Origin: an uncultured Methylotenera sp.
GTDB taxonomy: Bacteria > Pseudomonadota > Gammaproteobacteria > Burkholderiales > Methylophilaceae
DNA: 63,541 bases
Direction: 5' to 3'
NCBI GenBank assembly: GCA_902168195.1
Contig: CABHOJ010000062.1
Span: forward strand, 1 to 63,541
Part shown: in pieces, positions 32,497-41,821 of the stretch
How the letters are laid out: each line of letters begins with the position of its first letter
Position numbering within the stretch: position 1 is the first letter of the stretch
Notes under the pieces: generated by a model
The model's database searches: none
Seen by the model: the letters and a program-made list of their open reading frames with translations, nothing else
What the model was told of the DNA's origin: nothing
Made by a program: the position numbers and the translations under genes

Positions 32497-34085
32497 CACA
32501 GCACCCTTTCAGCATGTTGGGAGATATCGAGACCATCCTGTTCGTCTTCGGTCGAGACGCGCAGCCCCATGGTCCAGTCGATCAGCTTGAGGATGATCAG
32601 CGTACCGATACCGCTATATAGCAAGGTCGCGATCACACCGATACATTGCACCATCGGGTCACCCTCGACACCGCCGATGGCTTTGCTGGCGAGCACGCCG
32701 GTGAGGATAGCGCCGACGATACCGCCGACGCCGTGGATACCGAACACATCAAGCGCGTCATCCGCACCCAGCACGCGCTTGAGTCCAGTCGCGCCCCAAT
32801 AGCAGAAGAGACCGGCAGCGACGCCGATGATCAGTGCACCTTTCGGGTCGACAAAACCGGAAGCCGGTGTGATGGCGACCAGGCCGGCGATGGCGCCGGA
32901 ACATGCGCCGAGCAAGGTGGCGCGAGATCTACGGATCCACTCGATCGCCATCCAGGTCAGCACCGCTGCAGCCGTCGCGACTTGCGTCACCAGCATAGCC
33001 ATGCCGGCACGGCCGTCAGCGGCGACGGCGGAACCGGCATTGAAACCGAACCAGCCCACCCACAGCAAGGAAGCGCCGATGAGGGTATAGATCAGGTTAT
33101 AGGGTGGGAACGGTTCCTTGCCGTAGCCATGGCGTGGGCCCAGGACATAAGCGCACATCAGGCCTGCTACACCGGCATTGATGTGGACCACGGTACCACC
33201 GGCAAAATCCAGTACGCCCTGGCTCGCCAGCCAGCCACCTGGTTCCCAGACCCAGTGCGCGACAGGCGCATAGATCAGCAAGGACCAGAGCACCATGAAG
33301 ACCACCATCGCCGGGAAGCGGATGCGTTCCGCGAACGCGCCGGTGATGAGCGCCGGGGTGATGATGGCAAAGGTCAGCTGGAACATGATGAACACCGACT
33401 CCGGGATAGTGGAGGCGATATGACTGACGGATATCTGCCCCTCGGCGTTCATGAACGACAGCCCGTCGAGCATGATGCGATCGAAACCGCCGATGTAAAG
33501 GTTGTTCGGGGTGAAGGCCAGGCTGTAACCTGCGATCACCCAGACCACCGTGATCAGACAGCAGATGGTGAAACTCTGCAGGGTGGTGGACAGCACGTTA
33601 CGCTTGCGCACCATGCCGGCATAGAAGAGCGCCAGGCCAGGGATCGTCATCAACAGCACAAGCGCTGCTGAGGTCATCATCCAGGCCGTGTTGCCGGCAT
33701 CGATCTGATCGGCGGCGACCATGTAAGGCGCACTGGGTGCTGCGGCCTCTTCAGGTTCTGCCACTGGCATGGGCTCGGGCACAGGCGCAGGTTCTGCCGC
33801 GACCGGGCTCTCCATCTCCGGTGGCGTGGCTTCCGCCCCGTCCGCAGGCACCTCCTGCTCCACCACGACCTCTTCAGCGGCTGCGAGCGTCGTGTCCGCG
33901 GCTGCGACCTGGATCGGCTTGACGGAACTCTCGAACCGGGTGAACGCCTCGCGATACAGCGATTTCGGTTCGCTTGCCGCAAACTCTTCAGCCTGTGTTT
34001 GCATGGGCATCCACAGACCGAACCCCAGCACCCCTAGCAACAGCAGCCAGTTGCCACTCCCCGATGATTGCTTGAAAACGTTCAT
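32496..34085 (-). CDS. amt: Ammonium transporter (Amt family) with signal peptide and ~100-aa acidic Pro/Ala/Glu-rich N-terminal extension
   Basis: Amt core motifs: FYAGMVRKRN, DFAGGTVVHINAG, FGFNAGS and VHGVGGIVGAILTG. The N-terminal extension includes EEVVVEQEVPADGAEATPPEMESPVAAEPAPVPEPMPVAEPEEAAAPS. Confidence 0.9.
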   Translation of the reverse strand: MNVFKQSSGSGNWLLLLGVLGFGLWMPMQTQAEEFAASEPKSLYREAFTRFESSVKPIQVAAADTTLAAAEEVVVEQEVPADGAEATPPEMESPVAAEPAPVPEPMPVAEPEEAAAPSAPYMVAADQIDAGNTAWMMTSAALVLLMTIPGLALFYAGMVRKRNVLSTTLQSFTICCLITVVWVIAGYSLAFTPNNLYIGGFDRIMLDGLSFMNAEGQISVSHIASTIPESVFIMFQLTFAIITPALITGAFAERIRFPAMVVFMVLWSLLIYAPVAHWVWEPGGWLASQGVLDFAGGTVVHINAGVAGLMCAYVLGPRHGYGKEPFPPYNLIYTLIGASLLWVGWFGFNAGSAVAADGRAGMAMLVTQVATAAAVLTWMAIEWIRRSRATLLGACSGAIAGLVAITPASGFVDPKGALIIGVAAGLFCYWGATGLKRVLGADDALDVFGIHGVGGIVGAILTGVLASKAIGGVEGDPMVQCIGVIATLLYSGIGTLIILKLIDWTMGLRVSTEDEQDGLDISQHAERVL

Positions 34086-34146
34086 TGCTGGCCTCGCTTA
34101 CTCATAGATGGATACATCTCAAAAATATTGCTGCCCGGAAAATAGG

Positions 34147-34860
34147 TTAGAAAAACTGTTTGCATGGGTAGCGCTTATTGGTCGCTGCTTGTTCGGCTTG
34201 GCTGATCGCCATGTCTACGGTACGCCCGCTTGCCGTTTCACCCAAGTTATCCGTCAGCCAGATACGGATATGCCCCATCAGCGCCTTGAGTTGGCCGGGA
34301 CGGTAAGTACGGGTCTGGACAGTACGTCCGGACTCGATGAACTTCAGCATCTGCTCATGCTGCGCTTCGGACCAGGGCAGGTTCTCGACCACTTGTTGCA
34401 CGAAGACGCGCAGGTCCAGCGCCAAACTGTCGCTTTGGCTCGCGACTTGTTCCATGAGCGCGTTGAATAGGCCTTGGAAACTGTCGAACTCGGCAGTATC
34501 GATACCGTTCTCGGTGACGTCGACGACCGCCTCCTTCGTGCTGACCGGCTTGGCTTTGGTTTTTTCTGGAATGGGCTTTACGCCAGAGAGATCCGGCGCA
34601 GCGCGCAGCTCTTCCTCTTTGGCCATAAGGGCGCGATTGATGGATTGCAGCATCTCGCGCTGCAGTTCGCTCTTGCCAAGCTGCGTACAGACATTGCGGA
34701 CGAAGACATTGAGGCCATTGAATACGGAACCCGAACTGCCGATGTGGCTGACCCACTGATTGAGGACGGTGATCGCTTCGTCTTCGCTCAGCACGGAGCA
34801 AAGACCATGGTGGACTGCGCGACGTTGACGCAGGAATTCGGTACTGACGTTATTTTCCAT
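34147..34860 (-). CDS. Hypothetical protein with an internal tandem duplication (first gene of the amt operon)
   Basis: Long ORF upstream of amt. The start is uncertain: ATG at 34860 (237 aa), 34914 or 35034. Two related segments are joined by a Lys/Pro-rich linker. Confidence 0.55.
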   Translation of the reverse strand: MENNVSTEFLRQRRAVHHGLCSVLSEDEAITVLNQWVSHIGSSGSVFNGLNVFVRNVCTQLGKSELQREMLQSINRALMAKEEELRAAPDLSGVKPIPEKTKAKPVSTKEAVVDVTENGIDTAEFDSFQGLFNALMEQVASQSDSLALDLRVFVQQVVENLPWSEAQHEQMLKFIESGRTVQTRTYRPGQLKALMGHIRIWLTDNLGETASGRTVDMAISQAEQAATNKRYPCKQFF

Positions 34861-35092
34861 TGTTACCACGTTTACCTTGTTGTTTATCAAAACGGCATTG
34901 TCTTTTAACAACATGCCCCATTTTGTGGCGGGGTCTTGCAGATGCTGCGCGATTCTCGTGCACTGCGTCCTGATCGGAATCGAACGTCTGTCGTTTCGTC
35001 CCGTATACGCACAAGGCCAATGTTCACGCTGCATCTGGTGGCATTCCGATACCCGCCATTAGGTATCAGCCACACGTTACGATGGGTAAGTC

Positions 35093-35107
35093 GCAAGACT
35101 TGTGCCA
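35093..35107 (-). promoter_or_regulatory. Sigma-54 (RpoN) -24/-12 promoter
   Basis: The minus strand reads TTGGCACAAGTCTTGCG. This is TGGCAC-N5-TTGC, with exact consensus elements and spacing. It lies upstream of the hypothetical-amt operon. Confidence 0.7.
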
Positions 35108-35238
35108 AGAGCCTTGATGGTGCTTGCGCCTTGTTTTGGGGAGCGGATCTGGAAAACGCCTGCGATCGCAGACGATAAAAAACCCCGCTACTCGCGCAAC
35201 AGGGTTTTAGGCGGGACTTGCTTAGTGCGTCACTAGGC

Positions 35239-37953
35239 TTAGCTGAGCTTACCGTGACACTGTTTGTATTTCTTGCCGGACCCGCAAGGGCATGGCTCAT
35301 TCCTGCCGACCTTGATGCCTTCGCGCTCGAACGGGCGGATCGCGTCCTGCGGCTCGGCGGTGTTGCCCAGCGCATCGTCATAGTCGGCGTGCTGATAGCG
35401 TACATTCTCCGGCTCGGCGGGTTTCTCCACCGCTTCGACATCCGCCTCGCTGCGCACCTGCACCAGCATGGTGACTTGGGTGACCTCACGCTTCACGGTG
35501 TCGAGCAGGGCAGCGAAGAGTTCAAAGGCTTCCCGCTTGTATTCCTGCTTGGGGTTCTTCTGTGCGTAGGAGCGCAGATGGATGCCCTGACGCAGGTGGT
35601 CCAGCGCCGCCAGATGCTCACGCCAGTGGTTATCGAGGCTTTGCAGCATGACAGCACGCTCGAACTGACGCATGACGTCGGCAGATGCCTGCGCTTCCTT
35701 GGCGGCATAATTGGCTTCCGCCTTTTCCAGGATGCGTTCGCGCAAGGTCTCTTCGTGCAAGTCCGGATTCTCTTCCAGCATCTTCTGCACAGGCATCTCG
35801 AGACCGATATCGGCCATCAGGGCTTTTTCCAGCCCTTCGACATCCCATTGCTCTTCTACGCTTCCGGGCGGGATATGGGTGGCGATGACGTCGATGATGA
35901 CGTCCTGGCGCATCGCGGCTATGGTCTCGGCGACGTCGGTCGCTTCCAGCAGTTCGTTGCGTTGCTGGTAGATCACCTTGCGCTGATCGTTGGCGACATC
36001 GTCATATTCCAGCAATTGCTTGCGGATATCGAAGTTGCGGCCTTCGACCTTGCGTTGCGCGTTCTCGATCGCACGGGTCACCCATGGATGCTCGATGGCC
36101 TCGCCTTCCGGCATCTTCAGGCGCTCCATGATGGCGGAGACACGATCGGAAGCGAAGATACGCAGCAACTGGTCTTCCAGAGAGAGGTAGAAACGGCTGG
36201 AGCCAGGATCGCCCTGACGACCGGAACGACCGCGCAACTGGTTATCCACGCGACGCGACTCATGGCGTTCGGTACCGATGATGTGCAGGCCGCCTGCATT
36301 CAGGACGGCTTCGTGGATCTTCTGCCAATCGGCCTTGATGGCGGCGATACGTGCTTCTTTTTCGGCATCGCCGAGTTTCTCGTCGCTACGGACAGCGGCG
36401 ATATCGGGTTCCGGGTTACCGCCTAGCACGATGTCGGTACCGCGGCCTGCCATGTTGGTCGCGATGGTGATGACCCCTGGGCGACCTGCCTGCACGATGA
36501 TCTGTGCTTCTCGCTCGTGCTGTTTGGCGTTCAAGACCTGATGTTCGAGCTTGGCCTTATTCAGCAACTCCGAGATCAGCTCCGAGTTCTCGATGGAGGT
36601 GGTGCCGACCAGGACCGGCTGGCCACGTTTCTTGCATTCGACAATATCCGCGATCACCGCATCGTACTTCTCTTTCGCCGTGCGGTAGACCTTGTCCATG
36701 TGGTCTTTACGCTGCATGACGCGATGCGTCGGGATGACGACCGTCTCCAGGCCGTAGATCTGGTTGAATTCGTACGCTTCCGTGTCGGCGGTACCGGTCA
36801 TGCCGGAGAGCTTGCCGTACATGCGGAAATAATTCTGGAAGGTGATCGACGCCAGCGTCTGGTTCTCTTTCTGGATCGCTAGGCCTTCTTTCGCCTCCAC
36901 CGCCTGATGCAGGCCGTCAGACCAGCGGCGACCGGTCATCATGCGGCCGGTGAATTCGTCCACGATCACGATCTGGCCATCGCGTACCACGTAGTGCTGA
37001 TCTCGATGGAACAGCGAACGCGCACGCAGGGCGGCATACATATGATGGACCAGCGTGATGTTGGCGGCATCGTAGAGGCTACCGCCCTCAGGTAACAGGC
37101 CGGCTTCCGACAGCAGGTTCTCCGCGTGCTCGTGACCCTGCTCGGAGAGCAGGACCTGCTGGGATTTCTCGTCGACCCAGAAATCGCCTTCGCCGTCTTC
37201 GGTCTCCTGGCGGATCAGTTGTGCGGCGATGCCGTTCATCTGGGTATAGAGATCGACACTGTCGTCGGCCTGGCCGGAAATGATCAGCGGCGTGCGGGCC
37301 TCGTCGATCAGGATGGAGTCGACTTCGTCGACCAGCGCGTAGTTGAGCGCACGCTGCACACGTTCATCCGCGGTGTAGACCATGTTGTCGCGCAAGTAAT
37401 CGAAGCCGAACTCGTTGTTGGTACCGTAGGTGATGTCCGCGGCGTAAGCCTGCTGTTTCTCGGCATGCGGCATCTGGGAGAGATTGATACCGACTGTCAT
37501 CCCCAGGAAATTGTAAAGACGCGCCATCCACTCGGCGTCGCGCTTGGCCAGGTAATCGTTGACGGTCACCACGTGCACGCCTTTGCCGGTGAGGGCATTC
37601 AGGTAAGCGGGCAGGGTTGCGACCAGGGTCTTGCCTTCACCGGTGCGCATCTCGGCGATCTTGCCGGCATGCAACACCATGCCGCCGATCAGTTGCACAT
37701 CAAAATGGCGCATCTCCAGCGCACGGCGGCCGCCTTCGCGCACTACGGCGAAGGCCTCGGGCAGCAGTTTCTCCAGCGATTCGCCGTTCTGGTAACGTTG
37801 CTTGAATTCGTCGGTCTTGGCGCGCAGCTGCTCATCCGTGAGCGCTTGCATGGCAGGCTCGAGTTCATTGATGAGCCGAACATTATTTGAGTATTGTTTG
37901 ACCAGCCGCTCGTTGCGACTACCGAATACTTTCTTGAACAACGTGGATAACAT
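35239..37953 (-). CDS. secA: Preprotein translocase ATPase SecA
   Basis: 904 aa. DEAD-like motor motifs ([27 protein letters not shown]). C-terminal zinc site [15 protein letters not shown]. Confidence 0.97.
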   Translation of the reverse strand: MLSTLFKKVFGSRNERLVKQYSNNVRLINELEPAMQALTDEQLRAKTDEFKQRYQNGESLEKLLPEAFAVVREGGRRALEMRHFDVQLIGGMVLHAGKIAEMRTGEGKTLVATLPAYLNALTGKGVHVVTVNDYLAKRDAEWMARLYNFLGMTVGINLSQMPHAEKQQAYAADITYGTNNEFGFDYLRDNMVYTADERVQRALNYALVDEVDSILIDEARTPLIISGQADDSVDLYTQMNGIAAQLIRQETEDGEGDFWVDEKSQQVLLSEQGHEHAENLLSEAGLLPEGGSLYDAANITLVHHMYAALRARSLFHRDQHYVVRDGQIVIVDEFTGRMMTGRRWSDGLHQAVEAKEGLAIQKENQTLASITFQNYFRMYGKLSGMTGTADTEAYEFNQIYGLETVVIPTHRVMQRKDHMDKVYRTAKEKYDAVIADIVECKKRGQPVLVGTTSIENSELISELLNKAKLEHQVLNAKQHEREAQIIVQAGRPGVITIATNMAGRGTDIVLGGNPEPDIAAVRSDEKLGDAEKEARIAAIKADWQKIHEAVLNAGGLHIIGTERHESRRVDNQLRGRSGRQGDPGSSRFYLSLEDQLLRIFASDRVSAIMERLKMPEGEAIEHPWVTRAIENAQRKVEGRNFDIRKQLLEYDDVANDQRKVIYQQRNELLEATDVAETIAAMRQDVIIDVIATHIPPGSVEEQWDVEGLEKALMADIGLEMPVQKMLEENPDLHEETLRERILEKAEANYAAKEAQASADVMRQFERAVMLQSLDNHWREHLAALDHLRQGIHLRSYAQKNPKQEYKREAFELFAALLDTVKREVTQVTMLVQVRSEADVEAVEKPAEPENVRYQHADYDDALGNTAEPQDAIRPFEREGIKVGRNEPCPCGSGKKYKQCHGKLS

Positions 37954-38044
37954 GAAAGAACACCAACTTTCCGCCGATGCGGAAGCCTTAAGGTTGACTT
38001 TGGAAGATTAGAAATACAACGACTTAGTACCTGTATATTCCTGC

Positions 38045-38926
38045 TTAGTTTACTTTACGTAAATATTTTCTCGGGTCCAGCGCAGCGCCATTGAGTCGTA
38101 CTTCAAAATGCAGATGCGCGCCCGTCGAGCGGCCCGTGCTGCCTACCTGGGCGATCGCCTGCCCCTTGCTGACACGCTCGCCCACCTTCACCAGGAGCGT
38201 GGAGGCATGTGCATAGCGAGTCTCCAGACCGGAACCATGATCGATCTTCACGATTTTACCATAGTCGGGGGTGTGCTCCGCCGCGACCACGATGCCGTCG
38301 GCCGAGGCGTAGATGGGCGTGCCGGTCTCGGCAGTGAAGTCCAGACCTTCATGGAATGCCGTGCGACCAGTGAAGGGATCGATGCGCCAGCCGTAACTGG
38401 AGGAGTTATAGCCCACATTCACCGGCGTATTGCTGGGCAAAGTGTTCTTCTTCATGCTTTGTTGCAGCAGCAGGGCTTCCAGCATGCTCAAGTGATCGCT
38501 GCGCTGCTCGATCTCCTGCGTCAGTTCGCTGATCTTCTGCTGCAGCTGCGCTTCCGTCATGCCTTCCGCGTTGACCTCAGGGCCGCCGCGTCCGGGCGCA
38601 GGCTCCTGAGCCATATCCTTTTCTTTAACGCCTGCCAGCTTCGATAGGCGGTCGCTCAAGGCATCGAGGCGCATGACACGCGCCTGCAATTCACCCAACT
38701 GGAGGGCCAATGCGTCTAGGTGTTCCTGGGGATTGTGCAGTGAGAAGTTGAGCGGGTTAGGGAGGAGGTTCTTGACGCCTTGGTGCTTGCCGTCGGCCTG
38801 TGGCAGAATGAATGTGAGTGTCAGGACAACCGCTGTCGCCACGATGGCGACCAACAGCAAAACCGCTTGCGCCAACGTCAGCGTCTTTGCTTTTGCCATG
38901 TTGTTCGAGACAAAGATGATATTCAT
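38045..38926 (-). CDS. M23 family metallopeptidase (murein endopeptidase-like) with N-terminal anchor and coiled coil
   Basis: HEGLDFTAETGTPIYA and GAHLHFEV. Confidence 0.88.
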   Translation of the reverse strand: MNIIFVSNNMAKAKTLTLAQAVLLLVAIVATAVVLTLTFILPQADGKHQGVKNLLPNPLNFSLHNPQEHLDALALQLGELQARVMRLDALSDRLSKLAGVKEKDMAQEPAPGRGGPEVNAEGMTEAQLQQKISELTQEIEQRSDHLSMLEALLLQQSMKKNTLPSNTPVNVGYNSSSYGWRIDPFTGRTAFHEGLDFTAETGTPIYASADGIVVAAEHTPDYGKIVKIDHGSGLETRYAHASTLLVKVGERVSKGQAIAQVGSTGRSTGAHLHFEVRLNGAALDPRKYLRKVN

Positions 38927-38953
38927 TCATTCCCCTTTGGGAGGCACAACAGC

Positions 38954-39370
38954 ATGCGTCGTATCAATGCATTGTTCAAGAACGATGCCGGACTCATGGC
39001 GCTATACGACCATGCAGACAGTCTGACTGCCATGCAAAAAATGTGGGCCGAGATCTGCCCGGACTCCCTAAAGCCACTGACACGTGCAGGTGCTTTGAAA
39101 CAAGGCACACTGACGGTCTACACCGACCATGGCGCCGTGGCGGCCAAGATCAAATTATTATTGCCGAGCCTGATGGCCAAGCTACAAAAACGAGGAATCG
39201 AAGTTACTGCAATTCGCGTTCAAGTGCAAGTCAAATCTGAGCCCCCTGCTAAGCCTAAAATCCATCGAAAAATCAGTGCTAAAGGAGCATCCGAGCTCGC
39301 TTCCCTCGCTGGCGAACTGGAAGGTTCCGCGCTGGGCGAAGTGCTCGCCAGACTAGCCCGCAGGACCTGA
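38954..39370 (+). CDS. DUF721 protein (DciA-like candidate replicative-helicase loader)
   Basis: I trimmed the start to MRRINALFKND, with GGGAGG upstream. DUF721-like core: MWAEICPDSLKPLTRAGALKQGTLTVYTDHGAVAAKIKLLLPSLMAKL. It occupies the typical site beside secA and the M23 peptidase. Confidence 0.6.
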   Translation: MRRINALFKNDAGLMALYDHADSLTAMQKMWAEICPDSLKPLTRAGALKQGTLTVYTDHGAVAAKIKLLLPSLMAKLQKRGIEVTAIRVQVQVKSEPPAKPKIHRKISAKGASELASLAGELEGSALGEVLARLARRT

Positions 39371-39405
39371 TCACCTACGCTTCCGGCCGGTACCATTCAC
39401 TCACC

Positions 39406-40197
39406 ATGGAATATCTGCTCTATCTGATCGGCGGCGCGATCGCGGGCCTGCTATCAGGACTGTTCGGGGTCGGCGGCGGTTTGATCATCGTCCCGATCCT
39501 GGTTACGATCTTCACCAGCCTGCAGTTCCACGAAGCCCACGTCATGCACATGGCGCTGGCGACTTCGATGGCGACCATCATCTTCACCTCGATCGCTTCC
39601 ACCCGGGCACACCATCACAAGCAGCATGTCGACTGGATGGTCGTACGCAACATCGTCCCCGGCGTGGTGATCGGCACCTTGCTCGGCAGCCTGGTCGCGA
39701 CGCAGATCCATAGCGCATCGCTCCAGGGCATCTTCGCGATCTTCGTGCTGATGGTGGCCACCCAACTGGCGCTCGATCTCAAGCCCTCACCGCACCGACA
39801 GTTACCGACCAAGGCCGGCACGGGCCTGATCGGCGGGTGCATCGGGATCATCTCCAGCCTGGTGGGCATCGGCGGCGGCACGCTGTCGGTCCCCTTCCTG
39901 GTCTATTGCAATGTCGCGATCCATCGCGCCATCGGGACCTCCGCGGCGATCGGCTTGCCGATCGCCGTCTCCGGCGCCCTGGGTTACCTCATCATGGGTT
40001 GGGGCAACACGACTTTGCCTCCCTACAGTCTCGGCTTCGTCTACTTGCCCGCGTTCGCCGGCGTAGCCCTCGCCAGCAGCTTCACGGCGCCTTTAGGTGC
40101 GACCCTCGCGCAACGTTTCTCCGCAAAACGACTCAAACGCCTGTTTGCCATTCTTTTATACGCAGTCGGCGTGAACATGTGTTGGAGGTTGTTTTGA
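39406..40197 (+). CDS. TauE/SafE family anion (sulfite-type) exporter
   Basis: 263 aa, ~8 TM segments. Duplicated GxGGG motifs: FGVGGGLIIVPIL and VGIGGGTLSVPFL. Confidence 0.75.
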   Translation: MEYLLYLIGGAIAGLLSGLFGVGGGLIIVPILVTIFTSLQFHEAHVMHMALATSMATIIFTSIASTRAHHHKQHVDWMVVRNIVPGVVIGTLLGSLVATQIHSASLQGIFAIFVLMVATQLALDLKPSPHRQLPTKAGTGLIGGCIGIISSLVGIGGGTLSVPFLVYCNVAIHRAIGTSAAIGLPIAVSGALGYLIMGWGNTTLPPYSLGFVYLPAFAGVALASSFTAPLGATLAQRFSAKRLKRLFAILLYAVGVNMCWRLF

Positions 40198-40949
40198 ATG
40201 CATCGCACCAGGGATACGTGATCGAGGCGCACCGTCTCAGCAAGGTATTCGATCAAGTCAGTGCCGTAGACGACATCAGTCTGCAGATACGCCATGGCGT
40301 CACCACCGCTCTGCTGGGCGGAAACGGCGCTGGGAAGACCACCACGCTCGCCATGTTATTAGGGTTGCTGTTGCCGACCACCGGCAGCATCCGCATCTTG
40401 GGAGAGGATATGCTGCAACATCGCTACCGACTGTTGCATCGCATGAACTTCTCCTCGCCTTACGTGGATCTACCGCAACGACTGACCGTGCGCGAGAACC
40501 TCACGGTATACGGGCATCTTTATCGCTTGTCCGATCTCAAGCAGCGCATCCGCCGGATCGCTGGCGAACTGAACCTCGATGAAGTGCTCGACCGCCGCTA
40601 TGGCCGACTCTCCGCCGGCCAGAAGACCCGTGTGTCCTTGGCAAAATCCTTGCTCAACGAACCTGAACTGCTGCTATTGGACGAACCCACCGCATCGCTG
40701 GATCCGGATACTGCAGATGCCATCCGTACGCATCTGGAGCAATACCAGAAGCGCACCGGCGCCAGCATACTGCTCGCCTCGCACAATATGTCGGAAGTGG
40801 AACGCATGGCCGCTGACGTCATCATGATGCGACGCGGCAAGATCGTGGACGCAGGCTCGCCCGATCGACTGATCGATCGTTACGGCCGCAGCAGCATGGA
40901 AGAAGTATTCATCGACGTCGCGCGCAATCGGGAGCTGCACACGAAATGA
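40194..40949 (+). CDS. ABC transporter ATP-binding protein (ABC-2 type)
   Basis: Walker A GGNGAGKTTT, signature LSAGQKTRV, Walker B LLLLDEPT. TTG start with GGAGG 5 nt upstream; it overlaps the tauE-like stop. The alternative start is GTG at 40218. Confidence 0.85.
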   Translation: MNASHQGYVIEAHRLSKVFDQVSAVDDISLQIRHGVTTALLGGNGAGKTTTLAMLLGLLLPTTGSIRILGEDMLQHRYRLLHRMNFSSPYVDLPQRLTVRENLTVYGHLYRLSDLKQRIRRIAGELNLDEVLDRRYGRLSAGQKTRVSLAKSLLNEPELLLLDEPTASLDPDTADAIRTHLEQYQKRTGASILLASHNMSEVERMAADVIMMRRGKIVDAGSPDRLIDRYGRSSMEEVFIDVARNRELHTK

Positions 40950-41758
40950 GTCACGAAGACATCGATTTCTCCACCCGCCGAATCGGCGCCCTGGTACTGC
41001 GCCATCTTTACCTCATGCGCAAGTCCTGGCCACGTGTACTGGAGATGGTCTACTGGCCGACGGTGCAGATGGTCCTGTGGGGGTTCATCACCCTGTTCCT
41101 GCAGACGAATAGCAGTTATATCGCGCAGGCGGCGGGCATCCTGCTGTCGGCCGTATTGCTCTGGGATGTGCTGTTCCGCGGCCAACTGGGGATCGCGCTC
41201 GTCTTCATGGAAGAGATGTGGTCACGCAACCTCGGGCACCTGTTCGTCAGCCCCTTGCGACCCTACGAGATGGTGGCCTCGCTCATCCTCATGAGTTTGA
41301 TCCGCACGCTGATCGGCGTCGGCGGCGCGGCCATCGTCGCTATCCCGTTGTTCCATTTCAACATCTTCGATCTCGGGTTGCCGCTGATCGCCTTTTTCCT
41401 CAACCTGGTCATCATGGGTTGGGCCGTCGGGCTGATCGTTTCCGGTATCGTCCTACGCTATGGCTTGGGCGCGGAGAGTGTGGCCTGGATCGCGGTGTTC
41501 GCCATCCAGCCCCTGTGCGCCATCTACTACCCGGTCGAGGTGTTGCCGGGCTGGCTTCAGCCGGTGGCCTGGGCACTGCCCGCCAGTCATGTGTTCGAGG
41601 GCATGCGCGAACTCCTGTTGCATCAGACCTTCAATTGGCACCATCTAGCCTATGCCGTAGGTTTGAACGTACTGTATCTCGCTGGCGGTATCGCGACTTT
41701 CTTGGGGTATTTCAGGGCAGCACGGCAGCGTGGCCTGCTGTTGCATGTCGGAGAGTAA
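40946..41758 (+). CDS. ABC-2 family transporter permease
   Basis: 270 aa, six TM segments. Its ATG overlaps the ATPase stop (ATGA). Confidence 0.8.
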   Translation: MSHEDIDFSTRRIGALVLRHLYLMRKSWPRVLEMVYWPTVQMVLWGFITLFLQTNSSYIAQAAGILLSAVLLWDVLFRGQLGIALVFMEEMWSRNLGHLFVSPLRPYEMVASLILMSLIRTLIGVGGAAIVAIPLFHFNIFDLGLPLIAFFLNLVIMGWAVGLIVSGIVLRYGLGAESVAWIAVFAIQPLCAIYYPVEVLPGWLQPVAWALPASHVFEGMRELLLHQTFNWHHLAYAVGLNVLYLAGGIATFLGYFRAARQRGLLLHVGE

Positions 41759-41780
41759 GGTGAACTCTCGATATGGTCGC

Positions 41781-41808
41781 AAAAAAGCCCGCTGACGCGG
41801 GCTTTTTT
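41781..41808. terminator. Bidirectional rho-independent terminator
   Basis: A6-AGCCCGC-TGAC-GCGGGCT-T6, between convergent genes. Confidence 0.8.
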
Positions 41809-41821
41809 ATCCTGCAGGCTC

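Noticed and set aside
35108-35124. A possible NtrC-type half-site (TGGTGC) just upstream of the sigma-54 promoter.
   Set aside because: Only one half of the TGCACC-N5-GGTGCA-type dyad is recognisable, and it is too close to the -24 element to act as an enhancer. I do not call it.
34905-35489. A 194-aa minus-strand ORF spanning the amt-operon leader and the secA 3' end.
   Set aside because: It overlaps the secA C-terminus out of frame and has Arg/Ser/Ala-rich composition. The sigma-54 promoter lies inside it. I do not consider it coding.
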